Virus record (IMG/VR): IMGVR_UViG_3300002835_004837
Strand: one strand, 5' to 3'
Length of the DNA: 64,000 nucleotides
DNA from: an uncultured virus (IMG/VR IMGVR_UViG_3300002835_004837)
Lineage: Duplodnaviria > Heunggongvirae > Uroviricota > Caudoviricetes
The notes beneath the pieces are model-generated. The model saw only the letters and a program-made list of their open reading frames with translations. It did no database searches and was not told where the DNA came from. The translations under genes were made by a program, and so were the position numbers. Of this stretch, positions 1-10,012 are shown one piece after another; the first letter of the stretch is position 1; each line of letters starts with the position of its first letter.

Positions 1-1407
1 GATATGGTTGATATCGTGTTCATAAGAACTTGTTAGGAATGTTTCAGTATCTTTGAAGAAAGTCATAATAGCACGACCCATGTTCTTTGGCAACTTACGA
101 CCAACAAGATCAAGAGCCTGAATACCATTAGCACCTTCATAGATCATGGCAATACGGGCATCACGGACAATCTGTTCCATGCCATTGTCACGGACATAAC
201 CATGACCGCCCCATACTTGCTGCATCTTGATAGCGTTCTCAACACCATAATCAGTAACAACACCTTTGAGAACTGGAGTCATAAGACCAAGACGATCTTC
301 CGCTTCTTCTCCACCCTTATCAACTAATGTGGCTGCTTCTAATACTAATAGACGGGCAGCTTCATTAATGCTGCGAACATCCATAAGCATACGCCTAATA
401 TCAGGATGTGAAAGAATAGCGACACTAGGACCGCTAAGAGCGACGGCACTCTTACTCTGGATTCTGTCTTTGGCATATTGTAAGGCATTTTGAAACGCTA
501 ACTCCGATTGTGATAGACCATGAATAGCACAGCCTAATCTAAGTTCATTCATCATAATAAACATGCCCTGGAGACCACGGCATCTTTCACCGATTAGGAA
601 TCCTGTAGCACCATCAAAGTTCATAACACAAGTTGGTGAACCATGAATACCCATCTTAGATTCAATAGAACCACAAGATACTTTGTTGCGTGACATATCA
701 GGAAGAATCTTTGGCACAGCAAACAAACTAATACCTTTGACACCTTCTGGGTCGCCTGCCGCACGGGCGAGGACGAGGTGAAGAATGTTCTTTGTTAGAT
801 CATGTTCACCACCAGAAATAAAAATCTTCTGGCCAGTAATCTCATATGATCCATTCTGTTTATCTACTGCTTTAGTCTTGAGCAAACCAAGGTCAGTGCC
901 GCAATGTGGTTCAGTAAGACACATTGTTCCTGTCCATTCACCACGCACCATTGGTGGAATGAATGTTTCTTTCTGTGCATCTGAACCAGAAACTAGTAGT
1001 GTTTGTATCGCTCCACGAGTAATGCCAGCAAAAAGAGACCAAGCCATGTTAGATGAGGATACAAATTCGTTTGCAGCAACCGCAAGTGTAAACGGCATAC
1101 CTTGGCCGCCAAATCTTTCCGGAACTGATAGACCAATCCAACCTCCCTCTGCAAACTGTTTGTATGGTCCGTGGAAACATTCAGGCACATGAACACTCAA
1201 TGGTTCTACTGGTTCTGTAAAAGGAAACATAGGTGTTTTTTGTGAAAGTTTGCAACCTCTCCAATCACCTTCTTGATTAGTTGGTGCAATAGTTTCTTCT
1301 GATAATTTTGCAATCTCTGTTAGGATTGGCTCTGTTAACTCGTTATCAAACTTTAGAACATCACGAAGAAGGAACAGGGTGGAATCTACTGGTGCTTTAT
1401 ACTTCAT
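1..1407 (-). CDS. Acyl-CoA dehydrogenase (DmdC/FadE-like), 3' end truncated by window edge
   Basis: Manual translation (absent from the ORF track because the frame runs off the edge): MKYKAPVDSTLFLLRDVL...GGWIGLSVPERFGGQGMP...WTGTMCLTEPHCGTDLG...KMGIHGSPTC...QQVWGGHGY...RDARIAMIYEGANGIQALDLVGRK. These are canonical ACAD motifs including the catalytic Glu in IYEG. Confidence 0.93.
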   Translation of the reverse strand, partial: MKYKAPVDSTLFLLRDVLKFDNELTEPILTEIAKLSEETIAPTNQEGDWRGCKLSQKTPMFPFTEPVEPLSVHVPECFHGPYKQFAEGGWIGLSVPERFGGQGMPFTLAVAANEFVSSSNMAWSLFAGITRGAIQTLLVSGSDAQKETFIPPMVRGEWTGTMCLTEPHCGTDLGLLKTKAVDKQNGSYEITGQKIFISGGEHDLTKNILHLVLARAAGDPEGVKGISLFAVPKILPDMSRNKVSCGSIESKMGIHGSPTCVMNFDGATGFLIGERCRGLQGMFIMMNELRLGCAIHGLSQSELAFQNALQYAKDRIQSKSAVALSGPSVAILSHPDIRRMLMDVRSINEAARLLVLEAATLVDKGGEEAEDRLGLMTPVLKGVVTDYGVENAIKMQQVWGGHGYVRDNGMEQIVRDARIAMIYEGANGIQALDLVGRKLPKNMGRAIMTFFKDTETFLTSSYEHDINHI

Positions 1408-1564
1408 GTTTTGATCCTTCCTTTGCTTCTCTTTCTTCTAGTTCGATCATCCATTGCTTGACCTTATGTAACATATTATGTTCAACAGGTCTTTCGGATG
1501 AATAGTGAACATTAAATGCCAAACTAGCATCTATCAAACCTTTTAGTTCTTGCCACTTATCCAT
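1397..1564 (-). CDS. Small hypothetical protein (55 aa, MDKWQELKGL...KHEV)
   Basis: Manual ORF filling the gap, overlapping both neighbours. Confidence 0.6.
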   Translation of the reverse strand: MDKWQELKGLIDASLAFNVHYSSERPVEHNMLHKVKQWMIELEEREAKEGSKHEV

Positions 1565-2501
1565 TCTTCATCGACTCCAATATGTCGTCTAGTGTATATT
1601 GCGGAGTAAAGTTCAACATCATTTTTATCTTGTCTGTATTAGCAACAAGGTAAGCAACATCACCTTCTCTGCGTTCCTTATACTCAATAGTCATTTCACC
1701 ATTATGAATGATTTCATTGGCTTTGTCAACTATTTCTTTTACTGTATATCCTTTGCCTGAACCAACATTAAGAACATCATTAGTCCTCATTGCCATTCCG
1801 CTCATATGCTTATAGGAAAGTAAATGTGCTTTACAGATATCAATCACATGAACATAATCACGAATACAGGTACCGTCTCTAGTTGGCCAATCATTACCGT
1901 AGATTGTGGCAGTCTTGCTTCGGGCAAGAAGTGGAATCAGGTGAGTTTCAGGATCATGTTCCTCATACAAACCTGCTTCTACATTTCTACCACATGCATT
2001 GAAATAGCGAAGGCACATAACATTCATTTGATAAACACTGGCAAGAATTTCTTCCACCACTTGCTTAGTATGTCCATAAACAGATAGAGCATTCATTGGT
2101 CGGTTCTCGTTAAGATGACCAAACATACTATCATGGCTTTCACCATATACCGCAGCAGTTGATGAAAAGATAAAGTTCTCTGCTCTTTCTACTATTGCCC
2201 GGTCAATGAGCCTAATACTCCCCACCAGATTGTTTTGGTGGTACATAAAGGGTTCTCGCATACTTTCTTCGACACTTGTGTAGGCGGCGAAGTGAAAGAT
2301 GGCGTCCGCTCTCGCAGGAAGATTAATGGTATCGCTAACCAAATCAGTATTATGATAAAAATCATAAAGAGACCTAAGATGTTGCTTTTCATGTTTATCT
2401 ATTCCATGTATGATGCAATCGGGATATGTCTTTCTCAATTCATAGCACATATGACTGCCAATATATCCATTACAGCCTGTGACTACGAATGTTTTAGACA
2501 T
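1557..2501 (-). CDS. galE: UDP-glucose 4-epimerase-like extended SDR
   Basis: GCNGYIG Rossmann motif, FSSTAAVYG, YGHTK (YxxxK), LRYFNACG, PETHLIP, GNDWPTRDGTCIRDYVHV. Start taken at MSKTFVV. Confidence 0.9.
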   Translation of the reverse strand: MSKTFVVTGCNGYIGSHMCYELRKTYPDCIIHGIDKHEKQHLRSLYDFYHNTDLVSDTINLPARADAIFHFAAYTSVEESMREPFMYHQNNLVGSIRLIDRAIVERAENFIFSSTAAVYGESHDSMFGHLNENRPMNALSVYGHTKQVVEEILASVYQMNVMCLRYFNACGRNVEAGLYEEHDPETHLIPLLARSKTATIYGNDWPTRDGTCIRDYVHVIDICKAHLLSYKHMSGMAMRTNDVLNVGSGKGYTVKEIVDKANEIIHNGEMTIEYKERREGDVAYLVANTDKIKMMLNFTPQYTLDDILESMKNG

Positions 2502-3492
2502 GCTTGCTCTCCACAATATACTTTAGGCACATACGAACGGAGTCATCAACTTTCATCTTGGCTTCCCAACCAAGCTGTTCTTTGGCCTTGTCAACATTAG
2601 GGATACGAACCTTAACATCGTTCTCATACTCACCGACAGTTTCGTAAAGAGGATAGTAAGGTGTGAATAGCTGATATTCATTAGCAGCAACATCAATGAT
2701 CTTTTCTGCTAGAACACGCATTGAGATTGGTTCTGGATTGCCTAGATTGTAAGTCTCATTGTCTGTCTTCTCCAAGAAGGAGTAATCTGCAATTGCCTGT
2801 GCTACTTCGTCAATCCATGTAAAGCAACGAACCTGTAGACCGTCGCCAATGATTGGAAGAGGCTTCTTCTTTTCGATTACGATGTTCTTAATGTAGTCGG
2901 CAAAAACATGAGAGATACCAACTTCCTCATCTTCGCTCTTTTCATATGGGGTGATGATGTTGAATGGACGCCAGATGGTGTATTTTAGACCATGCTGCTT
3001 AAAGTATGCTCTTGATACTCTTTCACCAACAAACTTAGATAGACCATAATCGGTTGATGGTGCTGGATACTGTTCAACAATATCTTCCGCAACTGGCTCA
3101 CCGATAACCTGTGGGCAGTTCTCATAGACCATAGAAGACGAAATATAAACTACCTTCTTAACATTGTGTGCAACGGCAGCACGAAGGACATTATCGTGTA
3201 GAGTAATGTCCTTATACATTTCACCGCAATACTTATTGAAGCCACCTACACCATAGATTGTAGCAGCGGCCTGAATGATATAGTCTGGCTTTACCTGTTC
3301 AACAAGCCTATTAACACTAATACCATCTGTAAGATCACACTTGATAAAAGTATAATCTGTACCAGCATGTCCTAGGCGTTCACCATAACGGGCAAGGTTA
3401 TCAACACCATAAACAACATACTTCTTCTTTAGTAGCAGCGGGATAACCGCCTGCATTAGTGAGCCTTCACTTCCTGTAACCAAAATCTTCAT
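2494..3492 (-). CDS. NAD-dependent nucleotide-sugar epimerase/dehydratase/decarboxylase (extended SDR)
   Basis: MKILVTGSEG, YISSSMVYE, YGLSK (YxxxK), RPFN, GDGLQVRCFTWIDE. Confidence 0.88.
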   Translation of the reverse strand: MKILVTGSEGSLMQAVIPLLLKKKYVVYGVDNLARYGERLGHAGTDYTFIKCDLTDGISVNRLVEQVKPDYIIQAAATIYGVGGFNKYCGEMYKDITLHDNVLRAAVAHNVKKVVYISSSMVYENCPQVIGEPVAEDIVEQYPAPSTDYGLSKFVGERVSRAYFKQHGLKYTIWRPFNIITPYEKSEDEEVGISHVFADYIKNIVIEKKKPLPIIGDGLQVRCFTWIDEVAQAIADYSFLEKTDNETYNLGNPEPISMRVLAEKIIDVAANEYQLFTPYYPLYETVGEYENDVKVRIPNVDKAKEQLGWEAKMKVDDSVRMCLKYIVESKHV

Positions 3493-4733
3493 AGCATATC
3501 TCCAACTTTATAAATGCCCGTATTACTTAGTTTACTTTCTGGGAACATTTTCCAAATATCAGCAACGACACAATGATGTTTAAATCTAGTGATCTTATAA
3601 CCCATTTTATCAGGGTCTGTAAAATCATCATGTGGCGTCATAACGATTACAGCATCAAACTTATTCTCTGCCGGAATGTTCATGTCTTCGATATGTAGGG
3701 GATCTACAATCCATGCATCAACACCATGCTTTCTACAAACCTTCTTCATCTTGAATGATAGACTGTTACGAGTATCATCACAGCCCTTCTTAAAGGTAGC
3801 ACCTAGAATAAGAACCTTCTCTACCTCAGGGTTGATTTCTTTGATACGGTTAAAGACATAATCTGGCATGCCTTCATTGATAAGGAAGCTAGTTTGAATA
3901 AGGTCGCCGAAAGGAATATCAGAAAGAAGAAAGCGACCGTCCTTGAAAAGGCAAGGGCCTCCGACATTAGGTCCAGGATGAGGCACATCCATTCTCGGGT
4001 AATCGAAATTACATGCGTCGATAACTTTGTCAATGTTCACTCCATGCTTTTCACCAATCATCCACATTTCATTGGCAAACGCAAAGGTAACATAACGATA
4101 CATGTTAGTCATCAACTTGCCAAGTTCTGCCTCACGAGGAGTCAGTTGGAAGATTTCATTGTTAATAAAGGATCTAAAAAAGTTTTTAGCAACCCTAAAC
4201 GAAAAATCATTGAATGCACCCACGATCTGTGGCAACTTAGTCGTTTCAATGATTGACTTGCCCTGAACAACACGCTCAGGACAAAACACTAGATAATAAT
4301 CGATACCCTCAATCCATCCATGCTTCTGAAAGTGCTTACGAAGAACCTCAGTTGTGCCTGGTGATACAGTTGATCTTAGAACAATCAACTGGTGTTTCTT
4401 CATACGAGAAACAAGATTATCGTCAATAAAATTAAAAAGATCATCAAGTCTTGCATTGCCTTCTCCATCTACCGGTGTGCCAATCATGATAGCAACCACA
4501 TCAGCATCTTGAATGAAGTCAAAGTCTGTAGAAAACAGTAGTCGCTCTTTCTGTAAATTGTCTCTTAGAATATCAGCAGCACCTTCTTCAATATATGGTA
4601 CAATACCTTTGTTGAGCATATCGACCGCTGCCTGGTTAACATCAATACCATAAACTGTATGTCCTGCTTCTGCTAGAACACAAGAGAATGGAAAGCCAAC
4701 ATGTCCACCTGCGCCAATAACTGCTACCTTCAT
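3489..4733 (-). CDS. UDP-sugar 6-dehydrogenase (UDP-ManNAc/GlcNAc/Glc dehydrogenase family)
   Basis: GAGGHVG, IGTP, LRSTVSPGTT, FCPERV, AELGKLMTNMYR, GGPCLFKD (catalytic Cys), GATFKKGCDDTRNS. Confidence 0.92.
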   Translation of the reverse strand: MKVAVIGAGGHVGFPFSCVLAEAGHTVYGIDVNQAAVDMLNKGIVPYIEEGAADILRDNLQKERLLFSTDFDFIQDADVVAIMIGTPVDGEGNARLDDLFNFIDDNLVSRMKKHQLIVLRSTVSPGTTEVLRKHFQKHGWIEGIDYYLVFCPERVVQGKSIIETTKLPQIVGAFNDFSFRVAKNFFRSFINNEIFQLTPREAELGKLMTNMYRYVTFAFANEMWMIGEKHGVNIDKVIDACNFDYPRMDVPHPGPNVGGPCLFKDGRFLLSDIPFGDLIQTSFLINEGMPDYVFNRIKEINPEVEKVLILGATFKKGCDDTRNSLSFKMKKVCRKHGVDAWIVDPLHIEDMNIPAENKFDAVIVMTPHDDFTDPDKMGYKITRFKHHCVVADIWKMFPESKLSNTGIYKVGDML

Positions 4734-5497
4734 GCGTATAATCTCCTTGGTGTAATTGTAAAAGCAGGATTATCTTTTACGCCTTCAACATTAAACATCT
4801 TAGTATCCTTTAGATGCGTCACCCACTGTTCATCCTTATAACGAAGTGGACAATACTTCAACCATTGATCGGTAGCATTTGCTTGAACAAGGTGCCACCA
4901 ATCATTCGTTTCAGGATCGGGAAGCCTTCTTATATGGGAAGACTTAGCCCACCAAAAGTTTCCGCTATAATGCGGTATCGGATCATTGCTATAGTTTACA
5001 CCAGATACATCATACTTGTCAAGCCTTTTTACGCATTCCTCCCACTTCTCTAGAACACCCCAATTAAGGTATTGCCTCCAATAAACACTTCGCTTGAAAG
5101 CCTTCATATCAGAATTGTTTAGGAGCTTATCCGTTCCTGTAATTGCCTTAGAGTGGAAATACAGGACATTGAAATCACCTCTTTGACATTCTTGCCACAA
5201 CCGTTTCAATGTAATGACTTCGGTTGTTGATGTGGATTCTATCAGTGATAGCATGTCGCAATCATTCTTGTGTGAATTGTTTACGAAATGGATTTCTAGA
5301 TTGTTGAAGTTGTATGATTCGCATAGTTCTTTAAAATAATGTGTGCGTCTATCATCCTGCGTTATGGCAGTAATGATGAAGCGGTCTAGGTTTTCCACTA
5401 GACCACTATCTTCCATTATCTTAAACTGCTCCATAACAACAGACAACCATATGGCGGGATTGTCTGTTAGATATGTGTGATAATATCCTATGTTCAT
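4730..5497 (-). CDS. Hypothetical protein, probable glycosyltransferase
   Basis: LYFHSKA...HYSGNFWWAKSSHIRRLP motif set typical of viral GT-like proteins; operon context. Confidence 0.55.
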   Translation of the reverse strand: MNIGYYHTYLTDNPAIWLSVVMEQFKIMEDSGLVENLDRFIITAITQDDRRTHYFKELCESYNFNNLEIHFVNNSHKNDCDMLSLIESTSTTEVITLKRLWQECQRGDFNVLYFHSKAITGTDKLLNNSDMKAFKRSVYWRQYLNWGVLEKWEECVKRLDKYDVSGVNYSNDPIPHYSGNFWWAKSSHIRRLPDPETNDWWHLVQANATDQWLKYCPLRYKDEQWVTHLKDTKMFNVEGVKDNPAFTITPRRLYA

Positions 5498-6708
5498 TCT
5501 ACAATTTCAAATGTTGGGAAGTACCGAACAAAGATATCCTTGTGTGTATGTGCAGGTCTAACAGACTTGACCTTCTTAACAATCTCATCATAGAAATTCC
5601 ATGCGAGAGGAATGAAGCAAACAGGCTGCTTCTCAAAGTAGTTAAGAGTTAGATAGTTCAAAGGATAGATTGGTGCTGCTACGCCAGGCGTGAACTTCAA
5701 TTGCTTTAGAGGATTTTCATCAATGATGAAATCAGGCTTCTCATTAGCAAAGTTCAATAGTGTGTTACCCTTTGCTGCTGCTCCAAACCCAACAACAGGA
5801 ATGCCACGATCACGATACAAACGAATTGTTCTCGCAAACAACTCCGCTACCTTATAGCACTTTTCGGCATACTCTGTATATGTCTTAGGATCATATAGAC
5901 CAAGTTTTGCTTCTTCATCAATAAGGTTCTTAACTTTTTGACTGAATGTCATATCTTTTGAAATGACAAAGATGTAACTTGTGCCGTGAATAGGATGCTT
6001 TAGAACATCAATCAAGTTTAAACCAGCACGACGACATAGAGCCTGTGCCGAATAGATATTATAGAATGATACATGCTCATGGTAAATCGTATCAAACTCA
6101 CCATTTAGAATCATGTCTGCCTGTGATGTGGTGCAGAAGATTAGTCCATCATTACTCAGTCTATCACGAGCATGTTTCAATAGTTCTAACTGATTAGCAT
6201 TATGAGCGAAGGCATTCATACAAGTAATGATATCAAACTTGATACCTGGATATTCTTGTCCTGTGAAGAAACCACAATGAACATTATGATTCTTAGAAGA
6301 AACAGGATACAAGTTCTCAGCAGGATCGACACCATATGTTGTTGCGCCAGTTCCACCCCATGCATTTAGAAATGAACCATCGTTACAACCAATGTCTAAT
6401 ACCGTCCTTGGAGTCGATCCTTTGATCTTAACGATCTGATCAACGAACCAATCAAAGTAATCTAGTTGCGTCTTAGCTGTTCCAGACACATAGGCATAGT
6501 CCTTGAACATAAGTTCTGGATTGACCTGATGCGTCAATTGCACATGATAACAATGTGTGCATCTATTGATAGCAAGAGGGAATGTCTGTTCGGGATCATT
6601 CTCATGATCCTTATATGAATTGGCAAGGGGTTGATGCCCTAGATCCAATACAGGAACTAGAGCATCAGAGCCACAAGCAATGCAATGTGTGATAGGTGTG
6701 CAATCCAT
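5494..6708 (-). CDS. NDP-sugar C-methyltransferase (TylCIII/TcaB9-like, Zn-binding N-terminus)
   Basis: CIACG...LDLGHQPLANSY...CTHCYHVQL, LDIGCNDG, FDTIYHEH, HPIHG, GFGAAAKGNTLLN, DENPLKQ, LAWNF. Confidence 0.88.
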   Translation of the reverse strand: MDCTPITHCIACGSDALVPVLDLGHQPLANSYKDHENDPEQTFPLAINRCTHCYHVQLTHQVNPELMFKDYAYVSGTAKTQLDYFDWFVDQIVKIKGSTPRTVLDIGCNDGSFLNAWGGTGATTYGVDPAENLYPVSSKNHNVHCGFFTGQEYPGIKFDIITCMNAFAHNANQLELLKHARDRLSNDGLIFCTTSQADMILNGEFDTIYHEHVSFYNIYSAQALCRRAGLNLIDVLKHPIHGTSYIFVISKDMTFSQKVKNLIDEEAKLGLYDPKTYTEYAEKCYKVAELFARTIRLYRDRGIPVVGFGAAAKGNTLLNFANEKPDFIIDENPLKQLKFTPGVAAPIYPLNYLTLNYFEKQPVCFIPLAWNFYDEIVKKVKSVRPAHTHKDIFVRYFPTFEIVE

Positions 6709-6709
6709 A

Positions 6710-7747
6710 TTACTCTCCCAACCAACGTGGATTATCTAGATACCACTTAGTTACTTCTTCGATTCGTTGCGAAAGAGCGATCTTAGGCTCCCAACCAAGA
6801 CTGCGCATAAGCTCACCAGAAAGAGCATAGCGAAGATCATGACCGGGCCTGCTACTGTGAAAGTCAACCATTTCATAATTAAGTTCCTTACCCTGGGATT
6901 TAGCGATCATCTTAGCGAGTGTTAGATTATCAATCTCTTCCTTGCCTACGATGTTAAACTTGGCACACATTGGCTGATTGAAAATCTTATGTGGCGATTC
7001 AGGCTTCTTTGTAATGAGGAAGTGAATAGCATCGGCAACATCACGAGCATGAATGTAGAAACGAGAACCAGCCTCAGTCTTTTCTGCATTAGAGTGAATA
7101 TAAATCTTCTCACCCTTACGAACTCGATTGATACAAAGAGGAATGAACTTCTCTGGTGTCTGTCTCTCACCAAACACATTCATTGTATGAGTAATCATCA
7201 TGGGAATCTTGTATGTGTTCTCATATGCTACACATAGTTCCTCGGCTGCTGCCTTAGATGCAGAATAAGGATTGGTTGAGTTATAACGATCATACTCGCC
7301 ATATGCTACGCCAGGAGGTGCTGAACCAAAGATTTCATCGGTAGAGAAATATAGAAATGTCTCTAGTGGCTTCTCTAGCTTACGAGCATACTCCAATAGA
7401 TGGGCAGTTCCCATTGTATTGTCATTGATACATTCTAGAGGGTGTGTAATAGAACGATCAACATGAGAAGAAGCCGCTAGATGCAGAATGATATCCACAT
7501 CACCAATGAAACTAGCAGTAAGAGGATTGATCTCTGCCTTTAGGTCGGAGAATACCGTGCGGATACGCTTGCGTTGCTCTGGCGTCTTTGTATCAAGAAC
7601 CTCAGCAATACGGTTTAGATTGCCCGAATAATCTAGGCGATCTAGGGTAATGATATTCCAATCTGTCCTATCAAGTAGAACATCAATAACATGATGGGCA
7701 ATAAATCCGCATCCACCTGTGATCAAAACATTCTTGCTCATATTCAT
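6710..7747 (-). CDS. rmlB: dTDP-glucose 4,6-dehydratase-like
   Basis: LITGGCGFI, LDRLDYSGN, HLAASSHVDRSI, FSTDE, PYSASKAA, QTPEKFIP, RPGHDLRYAL. Confidence 0.88.
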   Translation of the reverse strand: MNMSKNVLITGGCGFIAHHVIDVLLDRTDWNIITLDRLDYSGNLNRIAEVLDTKTPEQRKRIRTVFSDLKAEINPLTASFIGDVDIILHLAASSHVDRSITHPLECINDNTMGTAHLLEYARKLEKPLETFLYFSTDEIFGSAPPGVAYGEYDRYNSTNPYSASKAAAEELCVAYENTYKIPMMITHTMNVFGERQTPEKFIPLCINRVRKGEKIYIHSNAEKTEAGSRFYIHARDVADAIHFLITKKPESPHKIFNQPMCAKFNIVGKEEIDNLTLAKMIAKSQGKELNYEMVDFHSSRPGHDLRYALSGELMRSLGWEPKIALSQRIEEVTKWYLDNPRWLGE

Positions 7748-8415
7748 TCCTTATTCAGTGGCGGGAATACTGTTTTCATATTCACCTTGCCAAACTTTTC
7801 AAACACGACTACACTATCATAAAAGTAAACACCTGTCAAGCCTTCACCGATAGCATACTTCTTTTCGAGAACATCTGTGCTGCTTTCCTTCCATGAGTAA
7901 TGTAGCACATCAATGTAATCTTTGGCATATTCAATGAATGTGCCTGGACGATTTAGTCCTCCGCCATTGTAAGGCATATAACTTGTGTGGCAATCTTCGC
8001 AAATGAAGATACTACCAACAGGCATCTTGGGAAAGACTTTTTCGAAGGTAAGGATCTGCTGATCCATAAAGTGTCCACCATCATCAATGAATACATCAAT
8101 CTTGGTATGCTTAGTTAGAAAGTCATCCCAAAACTTGGCGTCACCCTGATCACCAATTACAACATCGATATTCTTTTCCTTATACTGTAACTTAGCACAT
8201 TCAGTATCAACATCAACACCAGTGATATGCATCTGTGCGCCGAAATAGTTAGACCACATTTCTAGTGATCCGCCTCGCTGCACACCAACTTCTACCATGT
8301 TAAACTTCTTACCGATATAGCGGCTCAAATGTCTTTCGTAAATGTCAAAGTATGGTTCCCACTTATCGGATGAATGTGTCACATTATCAAAACATTTTCT
8401 AAGGGTCGTCATCAT
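7744..8415 (-). CDS. Class I SAM-dependent methyltransferase (sugar O-methyltransferase-like)
   Basis: DKWEPYFDIYERH, EVGVQRGGSL, GVDVD, GDQGD, FIDDGGH, CEDCHTSY. Confidence 0.8.
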   Translation of the reverse strand: MMTTLRKCFDNVTHSSDKWEPYFDIYERHLSRYIGKKFNMVEVGVQRGGSLEMWSNYFGAQMHITGVDVDTECAKLQYKEKNIDVVIGDQGDAKFWDDFLTKHTKIDVFIDDGGHFMDQQILTFEKVFPKMPVGSIFICEDCHTSYMPYNGGGLNRPGTFIEYAKDYIDVLHYSWKESSTDVLEKKYAIGEGLTGVYFYDSVVVFEKFGKVNMKTVFPPLNKE

Positions 8416-8421
8416 AATCTC

Positions 8422-9162
8422 CTAACTAAACTTGTATGCTTTTAATGTCTGTTGAACATCTGAATACTGGTAATCAATACCAAATTCTTCTTTCATATAT
8501 CTAGGAAAGAAATCTCTCATGAGATAATCCATTTCATTAAATGCGGCAGTCTTATCATACATGCTACTTTCTGGAACCATATGTCTAGCAGTTGAGGCAT
8601 GAACGACATGGGCAGTTGCTTGTAGGTAATAACAAAGAACTTTATCAATTCCCCAACTTGCTTCCCAGTTGAGTGTATCTTTACTATAGTCTTCGATGAA
8701 ACGAATCACCTTACGAAAGATATCATTTCTAAAGAATGGAATACCAATCTCGATAAAGTTCGTTTCAGCAAACACCCATTCAGGATTATGCTTCAAACAA
8801 TCATAAGTCTGAAACGAAGTTGTCGCCTGCTGGAACAAACGAAAGTCAAACTTCCTCGCCAAATCTAATGCGAGATTTACAGACCGAATGTCTGTTACAT
8901 AATCGTCATCCCAGAAGCCGATATAATCATAATCTTCCCACTTGATGATCTTAGACAACTCAGGAAGGATCTTCCACTTGAAGCCTTTATGTTCAACTAG
9001 AAAGTCATATGTGTCGGGCTCCGGCTCAAAATCATTGTAGAGAACAAGACAGGTATCATATGTGCGTTCAGGCTTAGTGTAACGCCAATGATTGTCCTTT
9101 TCATAGTCCTCATGGAAGTATAGAGGGCGGCCTGTGGGGGAAATAATTAATGCTTTATTCAT
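8422..9162 (-). CDS. GT-A fold glycosyltransferase-like (DUF707-like)
   Basis: GFKW...YDYIGFWDDD, TNFIEIGIPFF, SWGID. Confidence 0.65.
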   Translation of the reverse strand: MNKALIISPTGRPLYFHEDYEKDNHWRYTKPERTYDTCLVLYNDFEPEPDTYDFLVEHKGFKWKILPELSKIIKWEDYDYIGFWDDDYVTDIRSVNLALDLARKFDFRLFQQATTSFQTYDCLKHNPEWVFAETNFIEIGIPFFRNDIFRKVIRFIEDYSKDTLNWEASWGIDKVLCYYLQATAHVVHASTARHMVPESSMYDKTAAFNEMDYLMRDFFPRYMKEEFGIDYQYSDVQQTLKAYKFS

Positions 9163-10012
9163 TGATCACACCTTGATATACATTTTGTTCAAACCAGTTT
9201 AGAAAACGGTCTTCGTTAAAGTTTCTTTGATGCTCATCGTCACGAAACATAGGTTGCATATACATTTCGTTGTAAGCATCCTTATTACTATCTAGTTCAA
9301 TTATTTTATTGATAAACTCTAGATCAGATGCATAGTCATAGCGATTGAGAAATGCCTTAGGGTTGAAGTCTAACGCAACAGTCGGTGAACCCCAATAGAT
9401 TGGAACAGTCTTGGCACACAAAGCCTCAAATAGTTTCTCTGTGCAATAGCCAGGATACGAACTATTCTCAAAGCAAAGATTGAATCTATAATTGCTCATA
9501 AACTTAACCTTCTCTACCACATCGGCAGGCGTCCATCCATTCATGTTATTGAATAGAGGACCACCAGCATCGATACGCTTATATCGTGACACTGTATGAA
9601 AGTAGGCGTTACGATATTCGCATCCAGGATTTCTAACAACAAACGAACAAAATTCACTGTTGTCATAATCGTCAACAGTCCTTGTCTCTCTATCTCTTAG
9701 TATATGATGATCATACTCATAAATCAAATAGAGAGGTAGTCGATACATCTTGTTTGAAACAGGATGATCGAAAGACATAGCAAAGTGGCAATCATAATCG
9801 TGAGGACGCTGGTTCTCACCTGTGTAGAAGATACGAACACAGTTCTTAAATCTTCCATTAGTGTCACCAAAGTTTCTATCACCAAATATGAGATAGTCCG
9901 GGCGCTCATCGTCCCGGACTACATTGTATCGTTTTGACAAAACATCGGTGAAGTAGTTTTTTACTCCATCGATGGTGTCAGCAAATCCTAGTTTTAGTTG
10001 CTTGTCTGAAAT
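9155..10012 (-). CDS. Glycosyltransferase family 10 (alpha-1,3/4-fucosyltransferase-like)
   Basis: FYTGEN, RLPLY, FCSFVVRN, YRFNLCFENSSYPGYCTEKLFEA...VPIYWG (GT10 motif). The frame extends upstream of the TTG at 9940 to an ATT at 10012 behind AAGGAG. Confidence 0.88.
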   Translation of the reverse strand: MSDKQLKLGFADTIDGVKNYFTDVLSKRYNVVRDDERPDYLIFGDRNFGDTNGRFKNCVRIFYTGENQRPHDYDCHFAMSFDHPVSNKMYRLPLYLIYEYDHHILRDRETRTVDDYDNSEFCSFVVRNPGCEYRNAYFHTVSRYKRIDAGGPLFNNMNGWTPADVVEKVKFMSNYRFNLCFENSSYPGYCTEKLFEALCAKTVPIYWGSPTVALDFNPKAFLNRYDYASDLEFINKIIELDSNKDAYNEMYMQPMFRDDEHQRNFNEDRFLNWFEQNVYQGVINE

